DNA of 64,000 nt from assembly GCF_006345805.1 (NCBI RefSeq), contig NC_043019.1, positions 18,537,360-18,601,359 of the forward strand, given 5' to 3'. Origin of the DNA: Octopus sinensis (lineage: Eukaryota). This document shows, one piece after another, positions 22,507-34,992 of this stretch. Made by a program: the position numbers and the translations under genes. The notes beneath the pieces were generated by a model. That model did no database searches, was not told the DNA's origin, and saw only the letters and a program-made list of their open reading frames with translations. Every line of letters starts with the position of its first letter. Positions within the stretch are counted from its first letter, which is position 1.

Positions 22507-24835
22507 TAGATAAACTTAGATATGTTTCGACCAAAGATTGGTCCAGGCCATGTCTAACTTAATAGCACCACCTGATAGGATTATTTGAATCCTGTTTAAG
22601 TCAAGTTTTGTTTATGGTCCATTCAAGTTGTGAGTTTTTGTTGGATGAGTTGTATTCAATTATGGGTGGCTTATCTGGTATTCCTTGAAGGAATCTATCC
22701 AGACTCCGTTTAAAGTTGATGGGATCCTGTTCTTCTTTAATCTAGGGCCTGTTGAGGAAAAGAAATTATGTTGTAGTGTACATGTATGCTGTGATCTTGA
22801 ATTGGGCAGGGGACGTATGGCCCGTGGTCCCAGTCTTGGATGAACCTTGAAGCTAATGTTCAGGTTGTTTGGGCAAAGTTGGCGGTATATTCTCCACATC
22901 GTACAAATGATGTACCGCTCACGGCGATGCTGGAGAGAGTAGAGTTTCAAGGCTTTAAGGCAATCCCAATAATCGAGAGCAGCCATGCCTTCAATTCGTT
23001 TAGTGAGTGCTCTCTGGGGTGATTCAATCCTCGAGATGTTTTGTCTTGTATGGGGAGACCACAGTGGGCAGCAGTATTCGAGGTGTGGCTGTACAAAGGA
23101 GGAGAAAAGTGGTATGATGACACCTTGTTCTCTGGACCAGAAAGTTCTTAAGATCCAGGAACTCATCCTACGAGCTATATCGACCTTCTTGTTGATGTGT
23201 GCACTCCAACTGAGATCGTCATCAACAATTACACCCAGGTCTCTGATATTGTTAGAGGCTGTGAGCGGTTCCCCTGAAGGAAGAGAGTATGGCTGTTTTA
23301 GTGAGGAATTTCTTCCAAAATGCATCAGCTCAAATTTTCCCTCGTTCAGTTGCATTTTGTTTCTGTCTGCCCATTGACTCACAGCATATAGATCAGACTG
23401 GAGTTGAGTTCGGTCTGCTTCTTCATTGACGATTTGCTGGAGCTTAGTGTCATCAGCAAATATTTTCACTTTGCAGTAATGTACGACACTGGAAAGGTCG
23501 TTTATGTAGATTATGAAGAGTAGCGGACCCAAGACAGTCCCCTGGGGGACACTGCTGGTGACTTTTGCTGGGCTTGAGTGGACTCCATCAACTACAACAT
23601 GTGTTCTATTCACCAGGAAATACTTGATCCAGTGTAGAACTTTTCCGCGGATTCCAACATTTGCCAATTTTGAGAGTAGGATATTATGGTCTACCCTGTC
23701 GAACGCTTTACTGAAGTCAAGATATATGACATCAGAGTTCGAACCTGTTCCCAAGGCTTTGAGTACATCTTCAATGTGGTGTAAGAGCTGTGTTAGACAT
23801 TCCCTGCCACAGCGAAAGCCATGCTGATTTGCATTTAGGAGTTTGTGGGTCTCCAGGAAGTCAGCTATCCTTGATCATAACACTATTTCAAACACTTTGA
23901 ATAATGGGGGAGGTGAGTGATATTGGGCGATAGTTGAGTGCGAGGGATCTGTTTCCCTGTTTGAAAACCGGGATGACTGACTGGGATAGAAACTGTTTCG
24001 GTATATAACCTGCGTCTAACGAATTTCTCCAGAGGTTGGTCAGAGGGACTGCAAGTTGGTGTCTACATTCCTTCAGGAGACTAGCGGGGAATCTATCAGG
24101 GCCTACAGCAGAGTAGTATTTGACCTCATTTATTGCTGCTGTGATGTCAGTGGCAGTGAAGGTTATGTCTGAGATTTTATGTTGAGATTCAACTTCGTTC
24201 GCTTCTCTTGCGTCAATATCAGTGGGAACACTAAAGACAGAGTAGTATTGTTTCTGCAGTATTTCTGCCATTTCTTTAGCATCGTGTTAGGGAATGCCGT
24301 TATCATCAATCAATGGCCCAATGGGTGAGACAGTGGTTCTATGCTTATTTGCATAAGAATAGAACACTTTTGGGTTCTGTTTGATGTTTTTGATTACCCA
24401 CTGTTCCTCCACAGCTCTTTGATTTTCAATGGAGGTTTTCATGTCGTTCTGTAGATGAAGTTTTTCCAGCTCTAGCCTTTTCATTGTTGTTGAATTTGGA
24501 TGTTGTATGTGGGAATATTTTAATTGGTTGATATTTTTGTTGAGTCTTTTGATGCGCCTGATGAGTGTTTTTTTCTTTTTAGGGAGCCGGTTTCTGTTTG
24601 TGTTAGTAGATTTCATGGGAGCGTGTTTAGAGCATGTATAGGTGACAATGTTTTCAAAGTGCTGCCATGCGGTCTCAGTATGGGTGGAATTGAGAGTAAA
24701 AGACCAGTCGATGCAAGATAGATCCTTTCTGATTGCTCCCCAGTCCGCTTTGTGGAAGTTTATGTTGTCAAATGAGTGCCATGAAGTGGGATTGGCTGGT
24801 TTGGTTTTTATATGTCGGGAATTGAAATTGCAGAG

Positions 24836-24840
<5 letters not shown>
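22501..24840 (-). mobile_element. CR1-type LINE (RT plus 3' end), decayed
   Basis: YLDFSKAFDRV, VPQGTVLGPLLFIIYIND, IFADDTKL, RDLGV, PHLEYCCPLWSP, NYRPISLTS; 3' stem-loop and 10-bp tail repeats; bounded by (TA)n. Confidence 0.92.
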
Positions 24841-24880
<40 letters not shown>

Positions 24881-25179
24881 GCACACACTCTCAAACACAT
24901 ACATTCCCACTCTGTCATATGCAGACATGCAAACACACACACACACACACTCACACTTTCCACCTCCCTGCTCGTTGACTCACACCATCAAACGCACATC
25001 ACTCACACAAACACAAACAGATACTACCACACACATACATATTGACTGTCTACGTACTCGCTTGTCCCCCAAAAAACACTTTCTCTATCTCTTTCTACTT
25101 CTAGTTACTTCAGCAATGTAACCACACACGTGCTGTTTGCAATTTCCTTTCCTTCTTTGGCCTTTTCCCTTTCTCCTTT

Positions 25180-25204
25180 CTGACAAAGAGCTATCCTCGA
25201 AACA
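25180..25204 (+). ncRNA. Degenerate minimal hammerhead core
   Basis: CTGACAA a gag-ctatc-ctc GAAA c; G8A change, stems I and III not recoverable. Confidence 0.3.
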
Positions 25205-25401
25205 CCAAACTCTCTATTTTCATCGACTGTCAATCTAATACATTCCTTGTGCACGTCCTTTTGTTGTCCTTCATATATATATATATATAAATCTTTAGGT
25301 AAATATATTCAATAAGAATATTATATACTGAATTTATATTGAGTGCTCCATTGTATAAAAATATTAATACTATTAAAGTATATATTTAATATGAGCGATA
25401 T

Positions 25402-25775
25402 ATACTTATATTTTTTAATAATATATTATTATTAATAATATAAGGAAATCAACCTTATTGTATTAAAAATATATATAAATAAATAAATATAAAATTATAA
25501 ATATAGTGTATAAGATAAATTTGAAAGATTAAAAGTTTTGAATTCATTATTTAAAGCATCTTACGATCGTTTCGCAGAAGAGTTGTCCCTAGAATGAAAT
25601 CCTATATTGATAAGCATATATTTATCTTATACATTATATTTATAATTTTATATTTATTTATATATATTTTTAATACAATAAGGTTTTTCACACGGGTATA
25701 TCTTTATGATGAGTTCAATATTGATTTCCTTATATTAATAATAATAATAATACATTATTAAAAAATATATGTATA
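25402..25775. repeat. AT-rich inverted repeat with hammerhead 3' half in the spacer
   Basis: Arms about 25402-25520 and 25620-25775; minus strand 25556-25573 reads GAAA cgatcg TA agatgc. Confidence 0.65.
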
Positions 25776-25817
25776 TATATATATTAAGAAAAAAGGTTGT
25801 CAGAATCTTGGAAAAAA

Positions 25818-26212
25818 AATCATTTTAGTTCATCATCATCAGCGTCCTCAACGCTTCTCGAACTTGTCAAATAGAATTTTGTGAATGTACAAACAGCTTG
25901 TTCATATATATAAAACAGATGCTCCCCGGGGTTTCTGTCTAGAAGGGGCGAACATTGTTTCTGCCCCACCCCGGGCGAAGTTCCATGATAATGGAGACAG
26001 ATAGATAGAAATATAGGTAGGTAGGTAGGTAGGTAGGTAGGTAGGTAGGTAGGTAGGTAGGTAGGTAGGTAGTAAGTAGATAGATAAATATATATATATA
26101 TATATATAGATAGATAGATAGACAGAGGAACAAGCTGTTTGTACATTCACAAAATTTTAATTGACAAGTTCGGGAAGCGGATGAGCGCGCTGATTATAAT
26201 GAAGTAAAAAGA

Positions 26213-26215
<3 letters not shown>
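25818..26215. repeat. Foldback with ~85-bp arms enclosing a GC-rich hairpin and (TAGG)n/(GATA)n
   Basis: 25818-25903 is inverted at 26128-26215. Confidence 0.7.
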
Positions 26216-26297
<82 letters not shown>

Positions 26298-26411
26298 ATA
26301 TTTCGGAATGGTCATTTTGCCAGTTTAGCCAATAAAAACACACGCACTATATATTTGGTATTATTTTGCTTCAGTGATATTTATTATTTACATTAATCTT
26401 AATCTTATTTC

Positions 26412-26455
26412 GGTCAGAGTTCTTTCGTCACACTCCTGTGACCGCATCAGTGGTC
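26412..26455 (-). ncRNA. Hammerhead-like motif, CUGAUGCG core variant
   Basis: Minus strand: gacca CTGATGCG gtcac-aggagt-gtgac GAAA gaac TC tgacc. Confidence 0.6.
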
Positions 26456-26567
26456 CTTTGTTTTCTTCTTTCTTATTTATGTGTCTCTCCTTATTGATAC
26501 AATAGAAATACAAAATGGCTGACGGTTAGTAAGGAGAGACACATAAATAAGAAAGAAGAAAGCAAAG

Positions 26568-26611
26568 AACCACTGATGCGGTCACAGGAGTGTGACGAAA
26601 GAACTTTGGCC
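26568..26611 (+). ncRNA. Hammerhead-like motif, CUGAUGCG core variant (second arm)
   Basis: cca CTGATGCG gtcac-aggagt-gtgac GAAA gaac TT tgg. Confidence 0.6.
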
Positions 26612-26940
26612 GAAATAAGATTAAGATTAATGGTAAAAATAAATAACACTGAAGCAAAATAACACCAAATATATAGTGCGTGTGTTTTTATTGGCTAAAC
26701 TGGCAAAATGACCATTCCGAAATATAACAATATCTGTTTCAACACACGATTTCACATAAAAAATCTTGCACAACAAATATATATATGTGTATATATATAT
26801 ATATATATATCATAAATGCGAAAAGTAATTTCTGTGCGTTACACTTCAATCCTGTCTTTCACTATTCATTGACACTTCTACTATTTCTCACACTGGAGTG
26901 AGAGTAATTGTAGGAATAGAGACGATGAGGGTTGTGGCAA

Positions 26941-26986
<46 letters not shown>

Positions 26987-27706
26987 TGAGAGATAAAGAA
27001 ATTTAAGGAGAGTTGATGATGTTTTTATTAAAAGTAGTAGTGTTGATGGTGGCAGTGGGAGTAATAATAGCAGAGAGAGAAAGTGTGGGTGTGTGAGAGA
27101 AAGAGGAACTGAACACTGAGCCAACATAATGAAGGAACATGCTGAACACAATTCTTTTACACACACATTTAGCCTTTTTGAGATGGTAATGGGGTGATAG
27201 TTATAGTATGACCTGTAGTTATGATAGAGGTGGAGGCAGCGGTGATAGTGGTGGTGGTAGCTGAGGCAATGAGAGTAAGTGGTATGAAAGACAGTGGTGA
27301 TGGTGGTGGAGGGGAAGGTGGAGTCAAAGGTATTGATGGTGGTAGTGTCATACGCCTGAATGGTGTGTGTGTATGGCAGATACAATGGAGATAGTGGGGG
27401 TACTGTTGTTTATCATGAAGCTTTGCAATAAGTTCCAAGTCAGACAAATTATATCATTGTTCTGATGAAAATTGTTCATTGCTTAAAAAATATTGTTCAA
27501 GTTAATAAAATTTAATATGTACTCAATGCTTGAAGTGTCATTGCTGGGCCCAAAGCCTAATGAAGAACCCTTCTTTTTTTTGTGTATCGTCTATCTGGAT
27601 GTTTAGTTGTCCCTTTTTGTATCACCTAGTTGTCCAGATGTTTTGCATTCTTGTCCCATTTTGTATTTTATATATATATACATATACATATATATACATA
27701 TAGAAT

Positions 27707-27950
27707 ATGGTTTCCATGGCTGAGGAGAGGAGAGCACAGCTGTGGTTGGACAGGCGGGACAGGAGGAGGACAACTGCAGCAACACCCCACACGTACCCAT
27801 CGATGTTCGTGTGCAGCAACTGTACCAAGGACTGCCACTCTAGAATTGGACTGTTCAGTCACAGCAGACGCTGCACATCATCAAAGTAGGCCCCACCCTT
27901 GGCGCAACCCATTGTCTATCAAGACAGACGGGGATAAAGAAAAAAAAAAA
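27707..27950 (+). mobile_element. BovB-like RTE 3' end
   Basis: FVCSNCTKDCHSRIGLFSHSRRC C-terminal zinc-finger motif, short 3' UTR, A-rich end. Confidence 0.8.
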
Positions 27951-28035
27951 GAATATGTGTGTATATATATATATATATATATGGAAAAAAAAAGTTAAGG
28001 TAGAAAATGCTAAAATAATTTTATAAAAAACATTT

Positions 28036-28071
28036 CAGTACTGGTTTCAGTAATTGAGACTTTTTCAACTG
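28036..28071 (-). ncRNA. Minimal type I hammerhead, U3-A8 core variant (second family)
   Basis: Minus strand: cag TTGAAAA agt-ctcaatt-act GAAA ccag TA ctg. Confidence 0.6.
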
Positions 28072-28429
28072 TAAGTATGGAAAACAATTAAATTTTGGAA
28101 AAATTAAATGATAATTATTTAAAAACAATATTTGCATAGAATTCAAATACAAGGGGCATTTTCTCTGTCTCTCTTGTTTACTCTTGTGGGTTCGAGGTCG
28201 TTATGAATTCTTGGCAGAGAAGAAGAAAATAATGCGGGAGTGCTATGATAGTAGTATGGTGTTAAATGGTCTAATGCCCTAAAAGTGACTTGTGGATGGT
28301 AGTAGTTTTTGAATTCTTGAGATATCTCTTTTGAATGTATTGTTTATAATATTTGCGTAACCCTAAACAGCAGTAGTAGTAATGCACACACACACATACA
28401 TATATATATATACACATACATACATACTT

Positions 28430-29745
28430 TCTGAAAACCCCTTGTCATTCGTGTTGAGGAAGTCTGAAGGATATCGCACTGGTTCACAAGGAAACAGAAA
28501 TACCAAAATTACACACTGTTTCTTTGTAGACGACTTAAAACATTATGCAAAGAATATGCATGTGAGGAAAAAGAGCCTTGACCTAGTTGCAACATTCTCA
28601 AAGGATGTAGAGTTGGAGTTTGGTCAGGATAAATGTTGTTATATGGTTGTGAAAAGGGGCAAAATTATAAACCAGACTAATAACATCTCCATCAACGATT
28701 TGACTGTTTCCCCCGTATCTGACGAGGAATGTTACACATATCTAGGGGTGGCTGAAAATATGTTTTACAATGGCACTTGCAACAAAACATGTGTCACTAA
28801 AGAATATTACAACTGAATAAAGAAAATTTGGACCTCGGAACTCTCTGCATTGGCCCACAATGTGTTTTCAATGCCAGTATTTATACCAACATTTGGGCTG
28901 CTTGAGTGGACGCTTGATGAGATCTGAGCCATTGATGTGGAAATCTGAGAAATACTAACAAGCACATATAATTTTCACATAAAAAGTGACGTAGACTGTC
29001 TCTACCTAAAACGTAAACAAGGCGGCAAAGGCTTAATGTCAATCCAAAATGCCTTTGAATATCGCATCATATCCCTTTGGCAACATGATTTAACCACCAA
29101 GCGTCTAAGTGCATCCCTTGACCAAGTTTGCATACATGAGGCTGATAACATGATAAGACTTGGCAGGCAGCACCTTGAGTAACATTCCTTGTCTGATAAC
29201 CTAGAATACATACCCATAGAAGTCGCATGACTCTACCGCAACATATTATCAGATGAAAAGATGAGCCTATATGAGCAGAAGACTATGTATGGATATGTTA
29301 GTAGAAAGCTGTGCGATGATAGTAACATCAATTACTCTATAATGAAATCCGTCGGAAGGATAATCCTGAAGACAAAGAAATAAAAATCCACAATATGGTA
29401 GAAGCCTCTCATAATAAAAAGGAATACTGGTGGAATGTACCAGTAAAGACTTCAATAAAATTTAAGTGCAACAGACCTGATATAAAGATTTGGGATAGAA
29501 AAGAGAAACTGTGCCACAGCTGTGGAAATTAGCTGCCCAGCAGATGTTATCATAAAGCTGAAGATCAGTGGAAAAGAGAACACCTATGCTGAACTATCGA
29601 GAAATTTGCAGTTACTCTATCCAGATTACAAGTTCAGGTTTATACCTGCAATTATTGGGACTCTAGGATTTGTTACACACTGCCTAAATACCAATCTTGA
29701 GAAATTAGGCTTCTCAAAACCAGAAAGGAGAAAACTAATTTTCTG
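28430..29745 (+). mobile_element. R4/Dong-clade LINE fragment (RT plus REL endonuclease)
   Basis: ITHCFFVDDLK, LEFGQDKC, YTYLGV, NRPDI, EISCP...KENTY...IIGTLG. Confidence 0.85.
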
Positions 29746-30139
29746 CCTTCAGGTTGTGAGGCCAGCTCTGAGAGTCAAATTCATCTGCATTCAACTCAAA
29801 ACATGCAACAGTTAAACAAATAGGTTCTCTTTTCCTGGCTGCTTGTTACACATTAATCCATTTTAATTTTAATTCCTGAACTCTTTGACTTCATCAGTTG
29901 CTTTTGACCAAATATACTACGGAGTGGAGGGGGATGAAAAAATTCATAAATTGTCGGGGTTTTTTTACTGCAAAGGTGTCTCTCATTGTTTTACAAAGTG
30001 CGTAAAAAAAATTGGACAAAATCGGTCAAGAAGTTGGGGAAAAGGAATTCATAAACAGAGAAAATCCAACTTATGTGGATGTGTGCTAAATCATTATATT
30101 TTGAAAATTACCCGGCAACGATGGGATACTCAGCTACAT

Positions 30140-30176
<37 letters not shown>

Positions 30177-30475
30177 CACATATATATACAAACTTTTCCA
30201 TCCTGGGCAATGTAATCCTAGTTACTACAACATATGTTGGAAAAAACCTTTGCCAATGGATATGTTGATATGTGTGATACACATCTACCTAGTGGTACTG
30301 TTCTTTTCTTTTTCATGCTGGTACTCTAGTCCCTATTGTGCATGCTTCGTCAGAAAATGTGTACTCGAAGGCGGTATAGTGAGATCAAAACCAAAATTTT
30401 AAGGTTGTGAAGCAAACATCATCATGCCTGCAAACATACCAATCTTTTATTTGTATCTATTTTTTTCCATTGCAG

Positions 30476-30530
30476 ATGAAGGCTTTTCTGATGATTATGT
30501 TTATTTTTCTAATTACACCAACTAATGAAG
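30476..30530 (+). CDS. Candidate signal-peptide exon (MKAFLMIMFIFLITPTNE, phase-1 end)
   Basis: Strong acceptor ttttttccattgcag directly before ATG, hydrophobic peptide, donor G|gtttgt; no homology support. Confidence 0.3.
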
Positions 30531-31187
30531 GTTTGTTATTATTTCTCATCTATCTTATCGATATTACTGTGGAACATTTAGGATGAAATTATGAAAGACG
30601 GCTTGTTGTAATTACATTATTCACTTCTTACATGTCAGTACACGTATGTGCCTAATGTTCATGAGTTGAGTGTGCTTAAGGGACACCACCCTTGTACACC
30701 ACTCTATCGTTTACTAAACATAAATGTTGTGTTGCTGTTGACAGTGCTTCCTTCTTTTGCGCAGGGCTCAGATTTAGTTGCAGCAGTGGTGGCCGTTGCT
30801 TCTGTACTCCTGTGTATTCGCTCGTCTCTCACTAGACCGACTCTAAAAATGAAGCAACGGGTGAGCTTCTACATAATTAGTTAGCCTGCTAAAAACAGCA
30901 GTCAGCACCTCTTCACGAGACTCTATCGTATTGGAGGTGGTCATGGCTGGAATACTTTTGATAATAGGACTACTGGACGAAATCCCTGATAAAGTGATAC
31001 TACAAAATTTTCAGCAAGAGGACTTTTTAAACTATTGAATGCTCTTTGCAGCACATTTATCGAATTGATTTCAATATTTTATTTACGAACATTTCCAAAT
31101 GATTCGTTTATTTTAGACTGTTTTCACAAATATTGACTTTAAAGTTTGCCAGTCTTAAAAAAGATTTCAATTCTTATATGATGAAGA

Positions 31188-31990
31188 TCATCATCATCAT
31201 CATCATCATCATCATTTAGGTAGCATCTACTCCTCATTGCGGGAACCATAACCGTAGCCTCCATGTATGCCATGGAAGCCCCCAGCATGTCGTTCGTCGA
31301 TGAGGTAGTCTGCAGTAGGCTGTCATAGAATCGGTCTTTCTGTCCATCGGGTAACCCTGGTTGAGGGGCATAGGCCGATATAATGGTTGCTAATCCATGA
31401 TGAAGCACTAATCTAATCTTAAGTATTCTGTCACATACTCTGATTGCCTCAATTACCTTATCTACCCATTTTTCAGCGATAAGTATACCCACGCCCCCGA
31501 CCCCGTCAGTGTTCCCAGCCTAGAAAATCTTGTACCTGTGTTCTTTGCCTGTGAGGAACCTAGCAGAACCTCATCTCCACCTCACTACTTGAATGCAGCA
31601 CATATCAACACACTTCCATTCAAGCAACGCAACAATCTCACCAGACCTACCTTTCAGTGTGCCAACGTTGAGGGTGCCAAACCTGAGGGTGTGGGGGGTA
31701 TAGGCCCTAGGCACCTTGGGACTGGGGGACAGTAGCTTCATGAACCTGAAAAGAAAACTCGCGTTTAGCAGGATTCATAGACAAACAAAAGACTTAAGTT
31801 CAAACCGCGTACACTACACTATCGTATTTTGCAATGTATGATCACTACCTTTTATGGCAGGGGGTGGGGGTGACGTAAGACTTTTGATGTGTACATGGGA
31901 GACAACCAAGGATGACAAAATCTGGGACTTCCTGTAAAGGGGGAGAGGGTGGGTACACCGCGAAAACTAGCAGCCATGAAGAGGCGCCTC
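31188..31990 (-). mobile_element. RTE LINE 5' region / AP endonuclease fragment
   Basis: TLNVGTLKGR, GVGILIAEKW, DRILKIRL, IISAYAPQ; abuts a (GAT)n tail. Confidence 0.85.
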
Positions 31991-32769
31991 TCATTTCTTG
32001 AAAAAGGAATACTTAGTAGTAGGTATAAGAGACCTAATTGAGAGAGAGATATTTTGCAGATTTAGGGGAGATGCGTGAGCTAAATTTATCTTAGACAATT
32101 GAGAGGAACCATAGAATTATATATATATTTAACACGAGACGTGAGGCTGAAATGGACAGAGTCAAACAGAATAGAGATAACTAAAGGTTAATCAATTGCG
32201 CAGAAATATTACTAGGTAGGTAACTGGATGAATTTAAAGAATGCTTATCTGTCGGTCATCTTTCCGTTCGTAGTTTACAGCAACAGTTTTATATTTTCTG
32301 GCTTAGATGTCGTTCTGCACACACATGTTTCATTGTACTCACTAAATGATGTCTTATTAAAGATATTGTTCTTTGAATTATCATTTCGGGTGAAAAAATA
32401 TTATCATGATCTTCAAGGTAAAGTCCACCGTGTAAGTAGCACCTAGTATCATCATATTATTTTATCATTTATATCGTCCACCCGCAAATCTCCTCTATAT
32501 CTATGTCTTCAGACAAGTTTTCTCGATTATCAATGATAGCAAGTTCTTGGAAATAGTTATTCTTTGAATTTGGTGGTACTCAATTTTGAGATACTAGGTT
32601 GGAAAGAAAGTCTTGTCACATTTTTATATGACCAAATTATGAATACATTTTCAATACTTACACCAAATTAAGCATTAATTTTTACATTCTGATGTTATTT
32701 TTTTCTTTTGCAGAGTTCTTTAGACCATAGTGGTAAAATTTGTATCGATTTTACCCTTTTAAAATGAGT

Positions 32770-33627
32770 CAGATGTGGTGTACAAGAGAGACGACTGCAC
32801 TGGTATGGTCATGTGGCGAGAATGGATGTGGATAGCTGTGTGAAAAAGTACCACACCCTAGCAGTTGAGGGAACCTGTGGAAGAGGTAGACCCAGGAAGA
32901 CCTGAGATGAGGTGGTGAAGCATGACCTTCAAACATTGGGTCTCACCGAGGCAATGATTAGTGACCAGGACCTCTGGAGTTATGCTATGCTTGAGAAGAC
33001 TCGGCAAGTGCAAGTGAAACCATAACCTTCCCAGCAAGCGCAAGTGAGACTATAACCTTGTGGCCTATGCCAGGGGTGTAACCAGTCCACTTATGCGTGC
33101 CTTTCCTTCATTGGACACTAAACTCTGCTTGCAAAGACCTGTTGAGGCAAGTGAAATCGAAATTGAAATCAAACTCGGTGACTGGCATCCGTTGCTAGTG
33201 GAGCACTAAGAGTACCATACGAGTGAGATCATTACCAGAGTAACAAGCTAGCCTTCGTGCCAATGGCATGTTAAAAACACCATTCAAGTGTAATCGTTAC
33301 CTGCGTCGCCTTACTAACACTTGTGCTGGGAGCATGTGAAAAAACATTTGAGCGAGGTCGTTGCCAGTGCCGCCGGACTGGCTCCTGTGCAGGTGGCACA
33401 TAAAAGGACCATTTGAACATGGCTGTTGCCAGTACCACCTGACTGGCCCTCGTGCAGGTGGCACGTAAAAGCACCCACTACACTCTCGGAGTGGTTGGCG
33501 TTAGGAACGGCATCCAGCTGTAGAAACTCTGCCAAATCAGATTGGAGTCTTGTTCGTCAGACCTCAGTCAAATTGCCCAAACCACGCTAGCATGGAAAAC
33601 GGACGTTAAACGATGATGATGATGATG
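32770..33627 (+). mobile_element. RTE LINE 3' fragment
   Basis: WYGHVARM / GRGRPRKT coding end, tandem-repeat 3' UTR, GACGTTAAAC(GAT)n. Confidence 0.9.
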
Positions 33628-33779
33628 AACTGTCAGACACTGTATCCTGTATAAATTTAAAAGGAATTCTTCAATAAAAGACGTAACAAGAAATTTTCAT
33701 TCTGTCTTTGAAAATGAAGTTTTAAATGTCTAAAAATGACAACAATTTTGCTTGGAAAATTTTTTCTTGTAGATTCCTC

Positions 33780-34400
33780 TCGATCTGAAAATATCGAGAT
33801 TCTGAAAACCGTAGTGAGGAAACTACAAAACAAGATGCATGAGAATTAGCAAAACAGTTCAATTCGAGTCATATTTTGATTAAAAAACACCTTCATCAAC
33901 AAGTGTTTAAATTTGGTCAGTGGGCCCCTCAGCATCTGGTTGTTTCTCAGCTGAATCAAGGAGTTGCACTCTGCTCATCATTGAAGAGGAGACTTGCTAC
34001 TGAAGCTTTCCTGGGTAGAATCATCACAAGTGAGGAAATGTGGGTTCTTTATGATGGTATCCAACGAATACAGCCAATGTAAAAATACATCCCAAGACTA
34101 GGGGTACCCTCGAAAGACATAATGCTCTGAATCATCAACTGGAAGCTTTACACAAAATTAGCAGAAAAGGGGCCTATCATTGGTCAGTCATAAAAGGATG
34201 TTGCTCTTAAATAATAGTGCAAGACTACATATTTCCATGGTCACCCAGGAAAAGATTACAGCATTAAATATGTAAGTTTTGTCTTGATCCATCAGACTAC
34301 CATCTTTTCAGATCATTGCAATATTATTTGGAGGGAAAACAGTTTGGTAATCGTGAAGAGATTAAATGTGATACTGATTGTTTTTTTGCTTTGAAACCAG
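33780..34400 (+). pseudogene. mariner (Tc1/mariner) transposase relic
   Basis: GQWAPQHL (WVPHEL-like), FLGRIITSEEMWVLYD (RIVTGDEKW-like), PSDYHLFRSLQ..L.GK.F. Confidence 0.8.
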
Positions 34401-34992
34401 AAGAATTTTACGCCCACCGAATCAACAATCGTCCAAGCATTATTTTATCAATAATAAAGATTATGTAATCAATAAAAACGAGACATATTATCTTCATTAT
34501 ATATATATATATATATCGGTTAAGAAGGTCAATGTCATAATTGTTGATTCAACAAACTGGAGAGATTGTAGATTGCTTTTCAGAGGGTCTATCAACTAAT
34601 GGATGACTGAAGTTCCTTTCCGTTCAGCTTCCTTCGTTATTCGTATCTATTTACATATCTAGTAGACTCCTTTTCCTGCTCAGAAGTGTAAATCCAATCA
34701 ATTTATTGTCATCATTTTGTTGTTGAATATATTGAGATGAGATTACAGATATTAAAACAATTACTTCAAGGGAGATTAATCTATCAAAAATATGCTGATA
34801 TCTCGTTATACATTTAATACATTCAAAAGAGTTTCATTCTTATGACAGCTTACCTCTGCTTGTACAAGTTAAACACCTTGCTTGCTTGATATATATATAT
34901 ATATATATATACACACATGTACATGTGTGGGGCGGGGTGTATGTGTGTGTAGAAAATTTATAAAGATATATAAATATGTATATGCATATGTA

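Larger units (their letters stand above)
26292..26731. mobile_element. ~200-bp-arm inverted duplication carrying two hammerhead-like motifs
   Basis: 26292-26494 is inverted at 26530-26731; lies between (TA)n tracts. Confidence 0.8.

Noticed and set aside
22520-22550. gacca/tggtc hairpin followed by GAAA as a hammerhead
   Set aside because: No CUGANGA core; better explained as the CR1 3' stem-loop
22660-23754. 364-aa ORF as an intact gene, retron or other prokaryotic RT system
   Set aside because: Frameshifted CR1-type LINE RT with a LINE 3' tail
29860-29900. Minus-strand CTGATGA
   Set aside because: No paired stem II or downstream GAAA-UH
31860-31990. HDV-like ribozyme at the RTE 5' end
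   Set aside because: Could not assign P1/P2/P3/P1.1 pairing by eye
32715-32733. Micro-exon after a strong acceptor
   Set aside because: In-frame stop in the phase required by the upstream candidate exons; unsupported
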